A stretch of 64,000 nucleotides of DNA from an uncultured Devosia sp. (lineage in GTDB: Bacteria; Pseudomonadota; Alphaproteobacteria; Rhizobiales; Devosiaceae): NCBI GenBank assembly GCA_965651655.1, contig CBFGTF010000002.1, positions 24,865 to 88,864 on the forward strand, given 5' to 3'. The notes under the pieces are model-generated. The model did no database searches. It saw nothing but the letters and a program-made list of their open reading frames with translations, and had not been told where the DNA came from. This document shows, in pieces, positions 50,155-60,009 of this stretch (positions are counted from its first letter, which is position 1; each line of letters begins with the position of its first letter). The translations under genes were made by a program, and so were the position numbers.

Positions 50155-51615
50155 TTGACCGATTTCATTTCGCTCGGCCTGCCGACCCTCATCACCGACA
50201 GCCTGACTGCCGGCGGCTTCACCGAGCCCACCAAGATCCAGTCCCAGGCCATCCCCAAGCTCCTCGAAGGCCGGGACATGATGGGTATTGCCCAGACCGG
50301 CTCTGGCAAGACTGCGGCCTTCGGCCTGCCGATCCTGGCCGGCCTGCTGGAACTGACCGGCCGTCCCCGGCCGATGACGACGCGCGCACTGGTCCTTGCG
50401 CCGACACGTGAACTGGCTGTCCAGATCGACGAGAACATCCGCAAGTTCGCCGGCGGCAAGATGAAGCTCGATACCGTGCTCGTGCTGGGCGGTGTGTCGC
50501 GCTACCACCAGGTGCAGAAGATTGCCAAGGGTGTCGACGTGGTCGTGGCCACGCCGGGCCGTCTCAAGGACCTGCTGGACGACAACAAGATCCGCCTCAA
50601 TGAAACGCGCTGGCTGGTGCTGGACGAGGCTGACCGCATGCTCGACATGGGCTTCATCGCCCCGGTGCGCGCCATTGCCAAGGCTATCGGCCTGCGTCGC
50701 CAGACCATGTTGTTCTCGGCCACCATGGCCGCAGAGGTCGAAGACCTGGCCAAGACGCTGCTCAAGGACCCGATCAAGGTCGAGGCCGCGCCGCAGGGCT
50801 CTACCGTGGTGAAGATCGACCAGCGGGTGATCCTTTCCGGCTCCAAGGCCAAGCGCGGCGTGCTCAATGATCTGCTCGCCGATGAGAAGGAAGGCATGGA
50901 GCGCGTCATCGTGTTTGCCCGCACCAAGCATGGCGCCGACCGGGTTGCCAAGAACCTGGAGATCGACGGCCATGAGGCCGCCGCCATCCATGGCAACAAG
51001 AGCCAGAATGCCCGTCAGGCGGCACTCAAGGGTTTTGCCTCGGGCAATGTGCGCATCCTGGTGGCTACCGATATTGCGGCGCGCGGCATTGACGTGCAGG
51101 GCATCACCCATGTGGTGAACTATGACCTGCCGGATGATCCGGAAAACTATGTGCACCGCATCGGCCGCACCGGGCGCAATGGCGCTTCGGGCATTGCCAT
51201 TACCCTTTGCGATGGCACCGAGCGCAGCAAGTTGCGCGACGTGGAGCGGCTGATCCGCCGGACCCTCCCGATATCGGGCGATCTCAACATGGTCGAGGAA
51301 GCCGCTGCACCCCGCCAGCCCCGCAACACTGCCGGCCGTCCCGGTCCGCGCGGCGCGCGCAATCCCAAGGCAGAGGCCGTGCGTCGTCCCGCCGGGCCGC
51401 GCCGTCCCTTCGCCGAATTCGCCAAGGAATTGGGTGGCAAGGGCGCTGCCATTGCCGATGGCGAAAACCGCAAGAGCGGCCAGGTCAAGCATGTGCGCCG
51501 CGACCCCGAGACCGGCAAACCGATGGGTAACAAGCCGGCTGGCGCCAAGAGCGGCAAGCCGCGGTGGAGCAAGGGTCAGCGCGAAGCCGGTCGTGCGCGT
51601 CGTGCAGGCGCCTGA
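50155..51615 (+). CDS. rhlE: DEAD-box RNA helicase (RhlE-like)
   Basis: AQTGSGKT, PTRELA, DEAD, SAT, ARGID, HRIGRTGR; basic C-terminal tail; TTG start. Confidence 0.92.
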   Translation: MTDFISLGLPTLITDSLTAGGFTEPTKIQSQAIPKLLEGRDMMGIAQTGSGKTAAFGLPILAGLLELTGRPRPMTTRALVLAPTRELAVQIDENIRKFAGGKMKLDTVLVLGGVSRYHQVQKIAKGVDVVVATPGRLKDLLDDNKIRLNETRWLVLDEADRMLDMGFIAPVRAIAKAIGLRRQTMLFSATMAAEVEDLAKTLLKDPIKVEAAPQGSTVVKIDQRVILSGSKAKRGVLNDLLADEKEGMERVIVFARTKHGADRVAKNLEIDGHEAAAIHGNKSQNARQAALKGFASGNVRILVATDIAARGIDVQGITHVVNYDLPDDPENYVHRIGRTGRNGASGIAITLCDGTERSKLRDVERLIRRTLPISGDLNMVEEAAAPRQPRNTAGRPGPRGARNPKAEAVRRPAGPRRPFAEFAKELGGKGAAIADGENRKSGQVKHVRRDPETGKPMGNKPAGAKSGKPRWSKGQREAGRARRAGA

Positions 51616-51635
51616 ATCAGCAAAATGGTCTATGG

Positions 51636-51668
51636 AAATGGGCGGCCCTCGGGTCGCCCATTTGTTTT
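51636..51668 (+). terminator. Terminator after rhlE
   Basis: AAATGGGCGGCCC-TC-GGGTCGCCCATTT-GTTTT. Confidence 0.7.
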
Positions 51669-51680
51669 GGAGGTTCTGAC

Positions 51681-52589
51681 GTGACCAGCATTGCCATTGT
51701 CGGGCCGGGCGCCATCGGGGGCACGCTTGCCGCCTGGCTGGCGCAGGACCCGCGTTTCACCATTTCCCTCTGCGCCCGTTCGCCCCTGACCGATCTTGTG
51801 GTCGAGACGCCTCAGGGCACGTTGAAGGCCACCCCGATGGTGTTCACCGATCCAGTGCAGGCCGGGCCGGTTGACTGGGTGATGATCGCCACCAAGACCT
51901 ATAGCGCCGATTCAACCGGGCCCTGGCTGGAGCGGCTGTGCGGCCCACAGACCCGGGTTGCGATCATCCAGAACGGGGTCGAGCACGTGCGGCTGTTCAA
52001 TCACCTGGTGCCGGCTGAGCGGCTGGTGCCGGTAATGATCAACCTGCCGGCCGCACGCACTGCGCCGGGGCGGATCGTGCAGAGCCGCGATGGCATCATC
52101 GCCGTGCCCGCAGGCCGAAATGGCGAGGACTTCGCCGCCCTGTTCGGGAATACGGCAATCGAGGCCAAGGCGGACGCGGATTTCCTGTCCCAGGCATGGG
52201 TCAAGCTGTGCGGCAATTGCGCCGCCATTGTGCCGGCGCTGACATTGCGGGCAACAGGGCCGGTGTGGAGCGCAGAGATGGAAGCCATTGTCCGGGGGCT
52301 GGCGGAGGAATGCGCTGCTGTCGGGCGCGCCGAGGGAGCCGTCATCCCCGACAGCGTGATTGAAAACACGGTGGCCAATATGCGCGGCATGCGGGAAGGC
52401 GCGGTCGGTGGCTCCATTCATGCCGACCGGCTGGCGGGCAATCCGATGGAAATTGATGCCCGCAACGGGGTGATTGTCAGGCTGGGCGAAAAGCACGGCA
52501 TCGCCACGCCCACCAACCGCATGCTGGTCACTCTGCTGGGGGCGGCCGGGAGCCCCTGGGTGACGTCTCAGGCAACCGAGGCCAGGTAG
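51681..52589 (+). CDS. 2-dehydropantoate 2-reductase family protein
   Basis: GPGAIG, IQNGV, WVKLCGN, EIDARNG. Confidence 0.88.
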   Translation: MTSIAIVGPGAIGGTLAAWLAQDPRFTISLCARSPLTDLVVETPQGTLKATPMVFTDPVQAGPVDWVMIATKTYSADSTGPWLERLCGPQTRVAIIQNGVEHVRLFNHLVPAERLVPVMINLPAARTAPGRIVQSRDGIIAVPAGRNGEDFAALFGNTAIEAKADADFLSQAWVKLCGNCAAIVPALTLRATGPVWSAEMEAIVRGLAEECAAVGRAEGAVIPDSVIENTVANMRGMREGAVGGSIHADRLAGNPMEIDARNGVIVRLGEKHGIATPTNRMLVTLLGAAGSPWVTSQATEAR

Positions 52590-53983
52590 AGAATATCGCG
52601 GGTGGCGCTGGATTTTTCTACAGCGTCCGGTGCCAGCCGGTCGAGGAAGCTGATCGCCCAGTCATCGACATTGTGCCTGCGGGCGGCGGCCATCAGCGCC
52701 TGCCAGCGCTGCTTGCGTTCGTCGAGGTCCATATCGAGCGCCATGCGCAGGGCTTCGGCGGTCTCGTCGGTATCGAACGGATTGACGAGGAGCGCCTCGG
52801 GGAAAATCTCGGCGGCCCCCGCAAAGCGGGACAACACCAGGACGCCAGGGTCTTCCGGGTTCTGCGAGCCGACATATTCGTGCGCCACCAGGTTCATGCC
52901 GTCACGCAGCGGCGTCACCAGGCCGACCCGGGCGAGGCGATAGAGGCCGGCAAGACTGGGCTGGCCATAGGCGCGCTTGACATAGGTCAGCGGCTGCCAA
53001 TCCGGCTCGGCGAAATGACCCATCACCCGGCCGCACATCGCATCGAGCGTGTCGCTGGTTTCCTGATATTCCTTGATGCTGTCGCGCGACGGTGGCGCCA
53101 CCTGCAACAGATGTACCGAGCGGCGCAGTCGCGCATTGTTGGCCAACAGCTTCTCATAGGCCTCGACGCGCTGCGGCAAGCCCTTGGAATAATCGAGCCG
53201 GTCGACGCCCAGGATCAGGCGCTGATCGCCCATGGCGCGCTTCATGCGGTGCACCATCTTGGTGCCCGCCGGGCTGACCGACATTCGCGCAAAGGCATCG
53301 GGATCCGAGCCGATGGGAAAGGCCTCGACCTCGGTGCGGCTGAAATCGATGGCCTCAACCTTGTGGCCGCCAAAGGTGGATGGTGCCTGATGCTCGGCGA
53401 ATTCGGTGAAGGCCGTGACGTCACGCTTGGCCTGCATGCCGACAAGGTCATAGCGCGAGAGGTCGCGCATCAGTTCCTCATGGTGCGGGATGGCGTAGAG
53501 CGCGTCCGCGGTGGGGAAGGGAATGTGGAGATAGAAGCCGATGCGGTTGCGGGCCCCGAGCTGGCGTAGTTCGGAGGCCAGCGGGATCAGGTGATAGTCA
53601 TGCACCCACACCACGTCATCCGGCTTGAGCAGCGGCAGCAGCGCCCTGGCGAATTGCTGGTTCACCCGGCGATAGCCCTCGTACCAATGGCTCTCGATGG
53701 TGGCGAGGTCGAGCCGCAGGTGGAAGCTGGGCCAGAGGATGGAATTGGAAAAGCCGGCATAATAGGCGTGATGGTCGTCGCGGGTGAGGTCGATCTGAGC
53801 GACCTGCAGCCCATCGATATCCTCAAAGCGCGCTTCCTTGGCGGGCTGGTCCGTCAGCTTTCCCGACCAGCCGAACCAGAAGCCCTCGCGTTCACTCAGT
53901 ACCTTGCGCAGCGCGACAGCCAGTCCGCCGGCGGCGGGACCCTTGCCGGGCGTGCGGTTCGATACAATGATGATGCGGCTCAT
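52568..53983 (-). CDS. otsA: Trehalose-6-phosphate synthase
   Basis: VSNR, GGLA, VHDYHL, HIPFP, GVDRLDYSKG, RDGMNLVA. Confidence 0.95.
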   Translation of the reverse strand: MSRIIIVSNRTPGKGPAAGGLAVALRKVLSEREGFWFGWSGKLTDQPAKEARFEDIDGLQVAQIDLTRDDHHAYYAGFSNSILWPSFHLRLDLATIESHWYEGYRRVNQQFARALLPLLKPDDVVWVHDYHLIPLASELRQLGARNRIGFYLHIPFPTADALYAIPHHEELMRDLSRYDLVGMQAKRDVTAFTEFAEHQAPSTFGGHKVEAIDFSRTEVEAFPIGSDPDAFARMSVSPAGTKMVHRMKRAMGDQRLILGVDRLDYSKGLPQRVEAYEKLLANNARLRRSVHLLQVAPPSRDSIKEYQETSDTLDAMCGRVMGHFAEPDWQPLTYVKRAYGQPSLAGLYRLARVGLVTPLRDGMNLVAHEYVGSQNPEDPGVLVLSRFAGAAEIFPEALLVNPFDTDETAEALRMALDMDLDERKQRWQALMAAARRHNVDDWAISFLDRLAPDAVEKSSATRDILYLASVA

Positions 53984-54045
53984 GTGGCTGATGCCCCCGT
54001 GGCTGGTTGAACATGAACGGGCCGGCTGGCCGGCCCGGATGGGTC

Positions 54046-54858
54046 TCAATGGGCGGTGGTATCCGCCAGGATTGGCTCTTCGTCCGCGAAGTCATCGACG
54101 GCCTGCGGCCGGGCTGACATGGTCGCCAGACCCTGCAGCAGGGCATGGACCGACGCGACGTCGGCGATCCGCATGCGGGCAATGGTCTGACCCGCGCCGA
54201 GCTTGATGCCGATGCCACCCAGTTCCTGGGCGACGCGGAAGGCATCTTCGTCGGTGGTATCGTCGCCGATGAAGATCGGTGTGCGGCCGGCAAAGGGTTC
54301 TTCCTGCATGAAGGCGCGCAGGGCACTGCCCTTGTCGAAGCCGGAGGGACGGGCCTCGATGACCATCTTGCCGGGCACCAGGGTGAAATCGGGTTGGTCG
54401 GAGATGGCGGCCTGCATGGCGAGGAGGCATTCTTGCTCAAGCTCCGGCGCCTGGCGGAAATGCAGGGCCACGGCGCCATCCTTGGGTTCGAGGATCAGGT
54501 CCGGATAGTCGGTCAGCAAGGGCGCCATGGCAGCGGCAATGGCGTCGGCTGCCTGGCTGATGGCCTCGTCGAGCACCAGCATGGTCCCATCGGCACGGCG
54601 GCGCTGCGCGCCATGCGCCCCGGCGACTGCTAGGTGCAGCGGGGAAAGAAACCGGTCGATATCGGCAATTTCGCGACCGGTGATGACCGCAAAGGCATGA
54701 TCGAAATCGCGTATGGCATTTTCGAGCTGGCCGGCCAGGTCGGCGGGCACCTCAACAGCGTCCGGTGTGTCGGCGATCTCGACGAGGGTGCCGTCGAAAT
54801 CGGTGAAAACGGCGAGCAGCGGTACCGCGCCGCCGGAATGTGCTGTCGGTTCGGACAT
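54046..54858 (-). CDS. otsB: Trehalose-6-phosphate phosphatase
   Basis: DFDGTL, TGR, GKMVIE, GDDTTDEDAF. Confidence 0.95.
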   Translation of the reverse strand: MSEPTAHSGGAVPLLAVFTDFDGTLVEIADTPDAVEVPADLAGQLENAIRDFDHAFAVITGREIADIDRFLSPLHLAVAGAHGAQRRRADGTMLVLDEAISQAADAIAAAMAPLLTDYPDLILEPKDGAVALHFRQAPELEQECLLAMQAAISDQPDFTLVPGKMVIEARPSGFDKGSALRAFMQEEPFAGRTPIFIGDDTTDEDAFRVAQELGGIGIKLGAGQTIARMRIADVASVHALLQGLATMSARPQAVDDFADEEPILADTTAH

Positions 54859-54895
54859 GGCTGCCCCTTTGGTTGCATTGGTGGTCACAGGCTGC

Positions 54896-54920
54896 AACGC
54901 GGAGGCGGCCAAAAAGTTCG
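54896..54920 (-). promoter_or_regulatory. EcfG-like promoter for otsBA
   Basis: Minus strand CGAAC-N16-CGTT. Confidence 0.7.
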
Positions 54921-55193
54921 CGCCACATGGCTGGTATGCGCGAGGGGGCATTTATGAACGCCAGGTTAATGGGTCATTTGGCGGGAGTTCAAACGGGAAT
55001 GGATAGAAGGAGGGCAAGGCGGGCGGGAGAGGGTTCCGGCACCAGCCAGCGTCAAGATGAGGGTCCTTCAGATCATGTCCCAGTTATTGCTTACCGCGCT
55101 GTTCGCGCTGTCGATCAGTTTTCTGACCTTCGCAGCCTCGTTTGCCGAGGTGCCTCGCAGCGAAATGGCGCCGGCCAGCCTGTCTGAAAGCCG

Positions 55194-55277
55194 CTAGGCT
55201 GTGTCGACATTCAGCTCAGGCGGAGGCGAAAACTGGCATTTGCAGACCTGCACCAGGTGAATGTCGATACAGCCTAG
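55194..55277. mobile_element. MITE-like element with 20-bp inverted ends including terminal CTAG
   Basis: CTAGGCTGTGTCGACATTCA ... TGAATGTCGATACAGCCTAG (1 mismatch), 44-nt core. Confidence 0.6.
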
Positions 55278-55897
55278 GCCAGCGGGATGCCCTTGGCGCC
55301 CTTGCCCTTCTGGTAACGCTCCGAAAGCTCGCCATAGAGCGCGTTGAGATCATCGAAGCGCGCCAGCAGGGCCTCGCGGCTGCTCCGATCCAGCCCGGCG
55401 ATCATGTCCTGGATGCCGTGGCTGACCCAGAATTCATTGCGCCGGTTGTAGAGGTCGCGCTCGGGTGAAACTGCGCCCGTTTCTGGCTCGGGCACGGCAT
55501 AGACCGCCTTGAGAATCTGGATGTCATAGGGGATGGCGAAGCTGTCGCGGCTGTCCTGGTGGCTGAACAGATAGTAGAAATTGTCGAAGCCCGACCAGGT
55601 GATGCCGGACAGGCAGAGCGAACAGGGCTCGTGCGTGGCCAGGAACAGGCAGTCCCCGGTGGCGGGCCGCTGGTCCTCGGGTAATTCGAAGAAGCGTTTA
55701 ATGGCATGCATTTCGCCATGCCAGAGCGGATTTTCGATCTCGTTATTGGTCTCGGCAACCACGACCGACAGGTCGGCCTTGCGCAAGATGGCAGCCCCGA
55801 ACAGCTTGTTGCCGCGCTGCACCCCCTTGGCGGTCACGGGAGCGATGTCCCGCTCGATCACATCGAGTAGGCGTGAAATCAGTGCGGCAATATCCAA
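55274..55897 (-). CDS. Nucleoside/nucleobase deaminase (CDA fold)
   Basis: HGE and EPCSLC zinc motifs. Confidence 0.88.
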   Translation of the reverse strand: MDIAALISRLLDVIERDIAPVTAKGVQRGNKLFGAAILRKADLSVVVAETNNEIENPLWHGEMHAIKRFFELPEDQRPATGDCLFLATHEPCSLCLSGITWSGFDNFYYLFSHQDSRDSFAIPYDIQILKAVYAVPEPETGAVSPERDLYNRRNEFWVSHGIQDMIAGLDRSSREALLARFDDLNALYGELSERYQKGKGAKGIPLA

Positions 55898-55903
55898 GCC
55901 AGG

Positions 55904-56674
55904 CTACTCCGTTGTGCCAACCAGCCCGATGAGCGGGACGCCCGCAGCGTCGAGAAGGCGCAGTCCATGCTCATCGCGTTCATAGGATGCCACGGCGGCA
56001 AGCGCAGTGAAATAGGCGGCTTCCTGTCCCATGACGGCGGCGTCGCAGCCCATCCGCGTGGACGCGGCCGGACCAAAGGTGATGGTGCTGCTCTCGATAC
56101 TGGCCTCGGTGAAGTAGTTGTTGCAGCCGCCAAAGCCACCGGCGCGATGGTCGGGGGCAATGGACAGGGTCAGCGGACGGTCGCCACTGACCGGGCGGCC
56201 ACCAATGCTGGTGACCGTCCAGACGATGTCGACAAGATCGGCCTGCAATTGCGGAGGTTCGGGCGGGGCGGGCGGCCGGGGTGCGAAGTTGACGACGATG
56301 GTTGGCGCCTGACCGGTCTCTGGCGTCACTGGCACGGGCACGGGATTGTAGAAGAGCACGGCGCCGCCGCGGGTGATTTCGGCCACGAGGCCATAGGCGG
56401 TGCTCTCTTGGAGAGTGCTTCGGATGGTGAGCGAGTAGGACAATGGTACCTGTCCCCGGGCGGGAATGCTGGCGCTGGCCCCGATGACGGGAGTCGCATT
56501 TTCCAGTTCGACCAGCGTGACACGCAACCAGGCGTCGGGGGGGAGGGCCATGCGCTCGCGATAGGTCACACTGCCATTGAGGGTGATGCCGTCCGCCCAG
56601 GCTGGCGTCGCCAGCACCACCAGCAGCGCCGCCATGGCGCCCATGAGTGTACGCTTATGCATGTTCGCCTCCAT
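55904..56674 (-). CDS. Secreted YbaY + META domain protein
   Basis: GSVTYRERMALPPDA; GFGGCNNY...STRMGC. Confidence 0.88.
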   Translation of the reverse strand: MEANMHKRTLMGAMAALLVVLATPAWADGITLNGSVTYRERMALPPDAWLRVTLVELENATPVIGASASIPARGQVPLSYSLTIRSTLQESTAYGLVAEITRGGAVLFYNPVPVPVTPETGQAPTIVVNFAPRPPAPPEPPQLQADLVDIVWTVTSIGGRPVSGDRPLTLSIAPDHRAGGFGGCNNYFTEASIESSTITFGPAASTRMGCDAAVMGQEAAYFTALAAVASYERDEHGLRLLDAAGVPLIGLVGTTE

Positions 56675-56735
56675 CCCTTTCGAGACAAGACTACTCCAGC
56701 TGCGTTTTGGTTGCGAGACAGCGGCGATCTTAAGG

Positions 56736-57248
56736 TTACGTGCGGTGTGCCTGTGCCTCGATCAGCCAGGGAGTCTCGAAATGATGTTCTTCGAGATTAC
56801 TGCCCTCGCCACCGCGATCGACGACCAGATAGTCGCTGTCGCGCTCCAGGGGTGTCAGCACGCCGTGCCAGGTGTTCATGGCGATGTTGACGCCCTGGCC
56901 CGGGGCAGGGCGGAAGGCGCGCAGGCGCACTGGCATGCCGCCCTCGTCCTCGGCCACGATGACCAGCCATGGGGCGTCCGAAAGCGGATAGAAGGCCTGG
57001 CTGCCCAGCGGATGGCGCTCCACCAGCTTCAGGGCCAGCGGCAGCACATAGGGTCGGCCATGGAAAATGGAGATGAGTGGTCGCGGGTGCACACCGCCCA
57101 GTTCGACCCGCGCCAGATCGTGATAGCGCTCGGTCATGCCGGCATTGATGGGATAATGGTGCGCGCCTGTCCGCTCGATCACCTGTCCGAACGGGGCGAA
57201 GGCCTCGGCTGTCAGGGGCTCAGTGATGATGGTACGGGCATCGGTCAT
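56736..57248 (-). CDS. allA: Ureidoglycolate lyase
   Basis: EPLTAEAFAPFG, ERHPLGSQAF, WHGVL, VVDR. Confidence 0.92.
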   Translation of the reverse strand: MTDARTIITEPLTAEAFAPFGQVIERTGAHHYPINAGMTERYHDLARVELGGVHPRPLISIFHGRPYVLPLALKLVERHPLGSQAFYPLSDAPWLVIVAEDEGGMPVRLRAFRPAPGQGVNIAMNTWHGVLTPLERDSDYLVVDRGGEGSNLEEHHFETPWLIEAQAHRT

Positions 57249-57251
57249 GGC

Positions 57252-58070
57252 TCAGAACGGCAATTTGGCGTGGCGGTTGACGTCCTTGTAGAGCAGGTAG
57301 CGGAAGCGCTCCGGGCCGGCATAGCAGGCCTGGGGACAGAAGGCGCGCAGCCACATGAAGTCGCCGGCCTCCACCTCCACCCAGTCGCGATTGAGCCGAT
57401 AGACCGCCTTGCCCTCCAGCACGTAGAGCCCATGCTCCATGACATGGGTTTCCTCGAAGGGGATGACGGCGCCTGGTTCGAGGGTAACGATATTGACATG
57501 CATGTCGTGGCGGATATCGGCCGGGTCGACAAAGCGGGTGGTGCCCCAGGTGTTGTTGGTGCCCGGCATCCAGATGATGGGCTCGTCCTGCTCGTTGGCG
57601 ACGAAAGGCGAGGGGGTGTCGATGCCCTCGACCGCTTCATAGCGTTTGCGCACCCAGTGGAAACGCACCGGTTCGGTCGACTTGTTTACCAGGCTCCAGG
57701 CACAGCCCGGCGGAATAAAGGCATAACCCCCTTCCTTGAGGAGATGGGCCTTGCCGTCGAGCGTCAGGGTCATCTGGCCCGAGACCACGAACAGCACGCC
57801 CTCGGCCTGCGGGTTTTCTTCTGGTCGCTCGCTGCCGCCGCCTGGAAAGACCTCGACGATATATTGCGAGAAGGTCTCGGCAAAGCCGCTCAGGGGGCGG
57901 GCGATGATCCATGCCCGGCTGTCCCGCCAATGGGGCAGATAGGAGGTGACTATGTCCCGCATGACACCATGCGGGATCAGGGCATAGGCCTCGGTGAACA
58001 CGGCGCGGCCCGTATGGAGGGCCATTTGCGAGGGCAGTCCGGCAGCGGGGGAAGCGTAAGTGGGTGCCAT
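57252..58070 (-). CDS. allE: (S)-ureidoglycine aminohydrolase (bicupin)
   Basis: ETFSQY, ETHVMEHG, AFCPQACY, YLLYKDVNR. Confidence 0.9.
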   Translation of the reverse strand: MAPTYASPAAGLPSQMALHTGRAVFTEAYALIPHGVMRDIVTSYLPHWRDSRAWIIARPLSGFAETFSQYIVEVFPGGGSERPEENPQAEGVLFVVSGQMTLTLDGKAHLLKEGGYAFIPPGCAWSLVNKSTEPVRFHWVRKRYEAVEGIDTPSPFVANEQDEPIIWMPGTNNTWGTTRFVDPADIRHDMHVNIVTLEPGAVIPFEETHVMEHGLYVLEGKAVYRLNRDWVEVEAGDFMWLRAFCPQACYAGPERFRYLLYKDVNRHAKLPF

Positions 58071-58185
58071 AGGCTCTTGTCGGTCTGGTGGATCAGCCCG
58101 GCAAGCCAATGCCGGGTGACAGCGCGCTCGGCTGCAATCCATTCAATAGCGGCAGGCCGTGCCCTTTGGCTAGAGCGGCCGGTGG

Positions 58186-58872
58186 TCAGGCCGTGGCGCG
58201 GACATCGCTGAGGATGGTGCCTGCGGCCCGCGCCTCCGCTTCATGATCGGGCTCGCGCCAGGTCTCCGCGATCCCGGCCTCATACCATTCCACCATGGGC
58301 GGCAGTGCGCGCAGGCGCTGGCCATAGGCGTCGGCTTCGGCGCTGAGGACTATGCCATAGGTTTGCAGGCGCAGCGCCACTGGCGCGAAAAAGGCGTCGG
58401 CAATGGTGAAGCTCTTACCCGCTATGAAGGGTCCGCCGAACCGCTTCAGGCCCGTGGTCCAGATTTCATCGATCCGGGCAAGGTCGGCCTCCAGTGCCGG
58501 CGTGCGTTCATGCAGCTTGATGCGAAGGCCGCAATTCATGGTGCAGATGTTGCGCAGGGCCGAGAAACCGGAATGCATTTCCGCTGAGACGGCGCGGGCA
58601 TAGGCACGGGCGGCCCTGTCGGTTGGCCAGAGCTCGGGACGGCCTTCGGCGACATATTCGACAATGGCCAGCGAGTCCCAGACCTCCACATCACCGTCGA
58701 TCAGCAGCGGCACGCGTCCGGTGGGCGAAAAGGCCCGGAATTTGTCGTGGCTGCCATGGTCGATGAAGGGCTCGAGTTGCTCGACAAAATCGATGTCCAG
58801 CATGCGCAGTGCCAGCCAGGGCCGCAGGGACCAGGATGAGTAGTTCTTGTTGCCGATGATGAGGGTGAACAT
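58186..58872 (-). CDS. Glutathione S-transferase family protein
   Basis: GNKNYSSWSLRPW, SPTGRVP, WDSLAI, AEMHSGF. Confidence 0.92.
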   Translation of the reverse strand: MFTLIIGNKNYSSWSLRPWLALRMLDIDFVEQLEPFIDHGSHDKFRAFSPTGRVPLLIDGDVEVWDSLAIVEYVAEGRPELWPTDRAARAYARAVSAEMHSGFSALRNICTMNCGLRIKLHERTPALEADLARIDEIWTTGLKRFGGPFIAGKSFTIADAFFAPVALRLQTYGIVLSAEADAYGQRLRALPPMVEWYEAGIAETWREPDHEAEARAAGTILSDVRATA

Positions 58873-58922
58873 GGGGCCTCCTCCTGCGGATTTAGCCGGT
58901 CGCGGGGCCCTCCGGCAAGCCG

Positions 58923-59246
58923 TCAGCTTTCCACATGCTGCTTCAGTTGGCTCAGCATGGCAGCGGCATAGACCGCATAAGGACCGATCCAGCGTTCGTG
59001 GATGGCGTGGACGGGCAGGGCGTCGAGATGGTTCCAGCGCTCGCGGCCGCGCTTTTCGGCCACCACGAGCCCCGCGTCTTCGAGCACGCCCAGATGCTGC
59101 ATGACCGTGCAGCGGTCGATATCGGGAAACAGGTCGCAGAGCATGCCGGTGGTGCGGGACTCGGTCTTGAGCAGGTCGAGGATGCGCCGCCGCACACGGT
59201 GGCCGAGGGCCTTGAAAATCAGATCATCTGCGTCGTCATTTGACAT
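58923..59246 (-). CDS. ArsR/SmtB family regulator
   Basis: FKALGHRVRRRILDLL...RCTVMQHLGVLEDAGLV. Confidence 0.9.
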   Translation of the reverse strand: MSNDDADDLIFKALGHRVRRRILDLLKTESRTTGMLCDLFPDIDRCTVMQHLGVLEDAGLVVAEKRGRERWNHLDALPVHAIHERWIGPYAVYAAAMLSQLKQHVES

Positions 59247-59264
59247 GTTATATTCTTATAACAT
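59245..59264. promoter_or_regulatory. ArsR operator, perfect 8-4-8 palindrome
   Basis: ATGTTATA-TTCT-TATAACAT between divergent genes. Confidence 0.75.
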
Positions 59265-59297
59265 ATTGTGCCTGACGTCAAGGCAAGGAGGTGTTCA

Positions 59298-59810
59298 ATG
59301 CGTGCCGTTGTCGCAAAGGAAGATGACCTGCAGGTGCAGTTCAGAGTATCGGGCCGGATCAGCAAGCCGGTGCATGACGTGTTCGAGGCGGTGGCCGATC
59401 CGGCGAAGCTTTCGGGCTATTTCACCACTGGTGGCGCCAAGGGGCGGATCGAAACCGGCGCGACCGTCACCTGGGATTTTCACGACTTCCCCGGCGCCTT
59501 CCCGGTGGAGGTGGTCGAGGTGGTGCCCGATAGCCGCATCGTGCTGCGTTGGGACGCCAGTGAAGCGACCGAGCCGAGTACCACCGGCGAGACCCCGCAG
59601 GCCATTGGCTACAAGACCACCGTCACCATGGACTTCACCGCGCTTGAAGACGGGCGCACGCTGGTGACCATTTCGGAAAGCGGGTGGCGGCGGACGCCGG
59701 GCGGCCTCAAGTCATCCTATGGCAATTGCGAAGGCTGGACCGGCATGCTGTGCGCCATGAAGGCCTATCTCGAACACGGCATCAACCTGCGCGAAGGCTT
59801 CTACAAGTAG
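59298..59810 (+). CDS. SRPBCC (Aha1/START) domain protein
   Basis: VFEAVADPAKLSGYFT, GWTGMLCAMKAYLEHGINLR; SD AAGGAGG. Confidence 0.9.
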   Translation: MRAVVAKEDDLQVQFRVSGRISKPVHDVFEAVADPAKLSGYFTTGGAKGRIETGATVTWDFHDFPGAFPVEVVEVVPDSRIVLRWDASEATEPSTTGETPQAIGYKTTVTMDFTALEDGRTLVTISESGWRRTPGGLKSSYGNCEGWTGMLCAMKAYLEHGINLREGFYK

Positions 59811-59863
59811 GATCTGGTTAGGGTTACGCAATCTTCAACACTTGGCGCTATGGTGCAAGGATC

Positions 59864-60001
59864 ATGCGTCAAGTGTTGTTGAGTATCGGCGTTTCACCGC
59901 ACCATTGGGTGCAGCACAACCTGCCCTGGCTGGCCGTATTGGCGCTCGTCTTTGGTTTCGACCGGGATGAAGACCACGTGCCCGAGCGGCTTGACCCGTG
60001 A
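59864..60001 (+). CDS. Possible 45-aa small protein
   Basis: MRQVLLSIGVSPHHWVQHNLPWLAVLALVFGFDRDEDHVPERLDP fills the intergenic gap. Confidence 0.35.
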   Translation: MRQVLLSIGVSPHHWVQHNLPWLAVLALVFGFDRDEDHVPERLDP

Positions 60002-60009
60002 CAGGCCGC

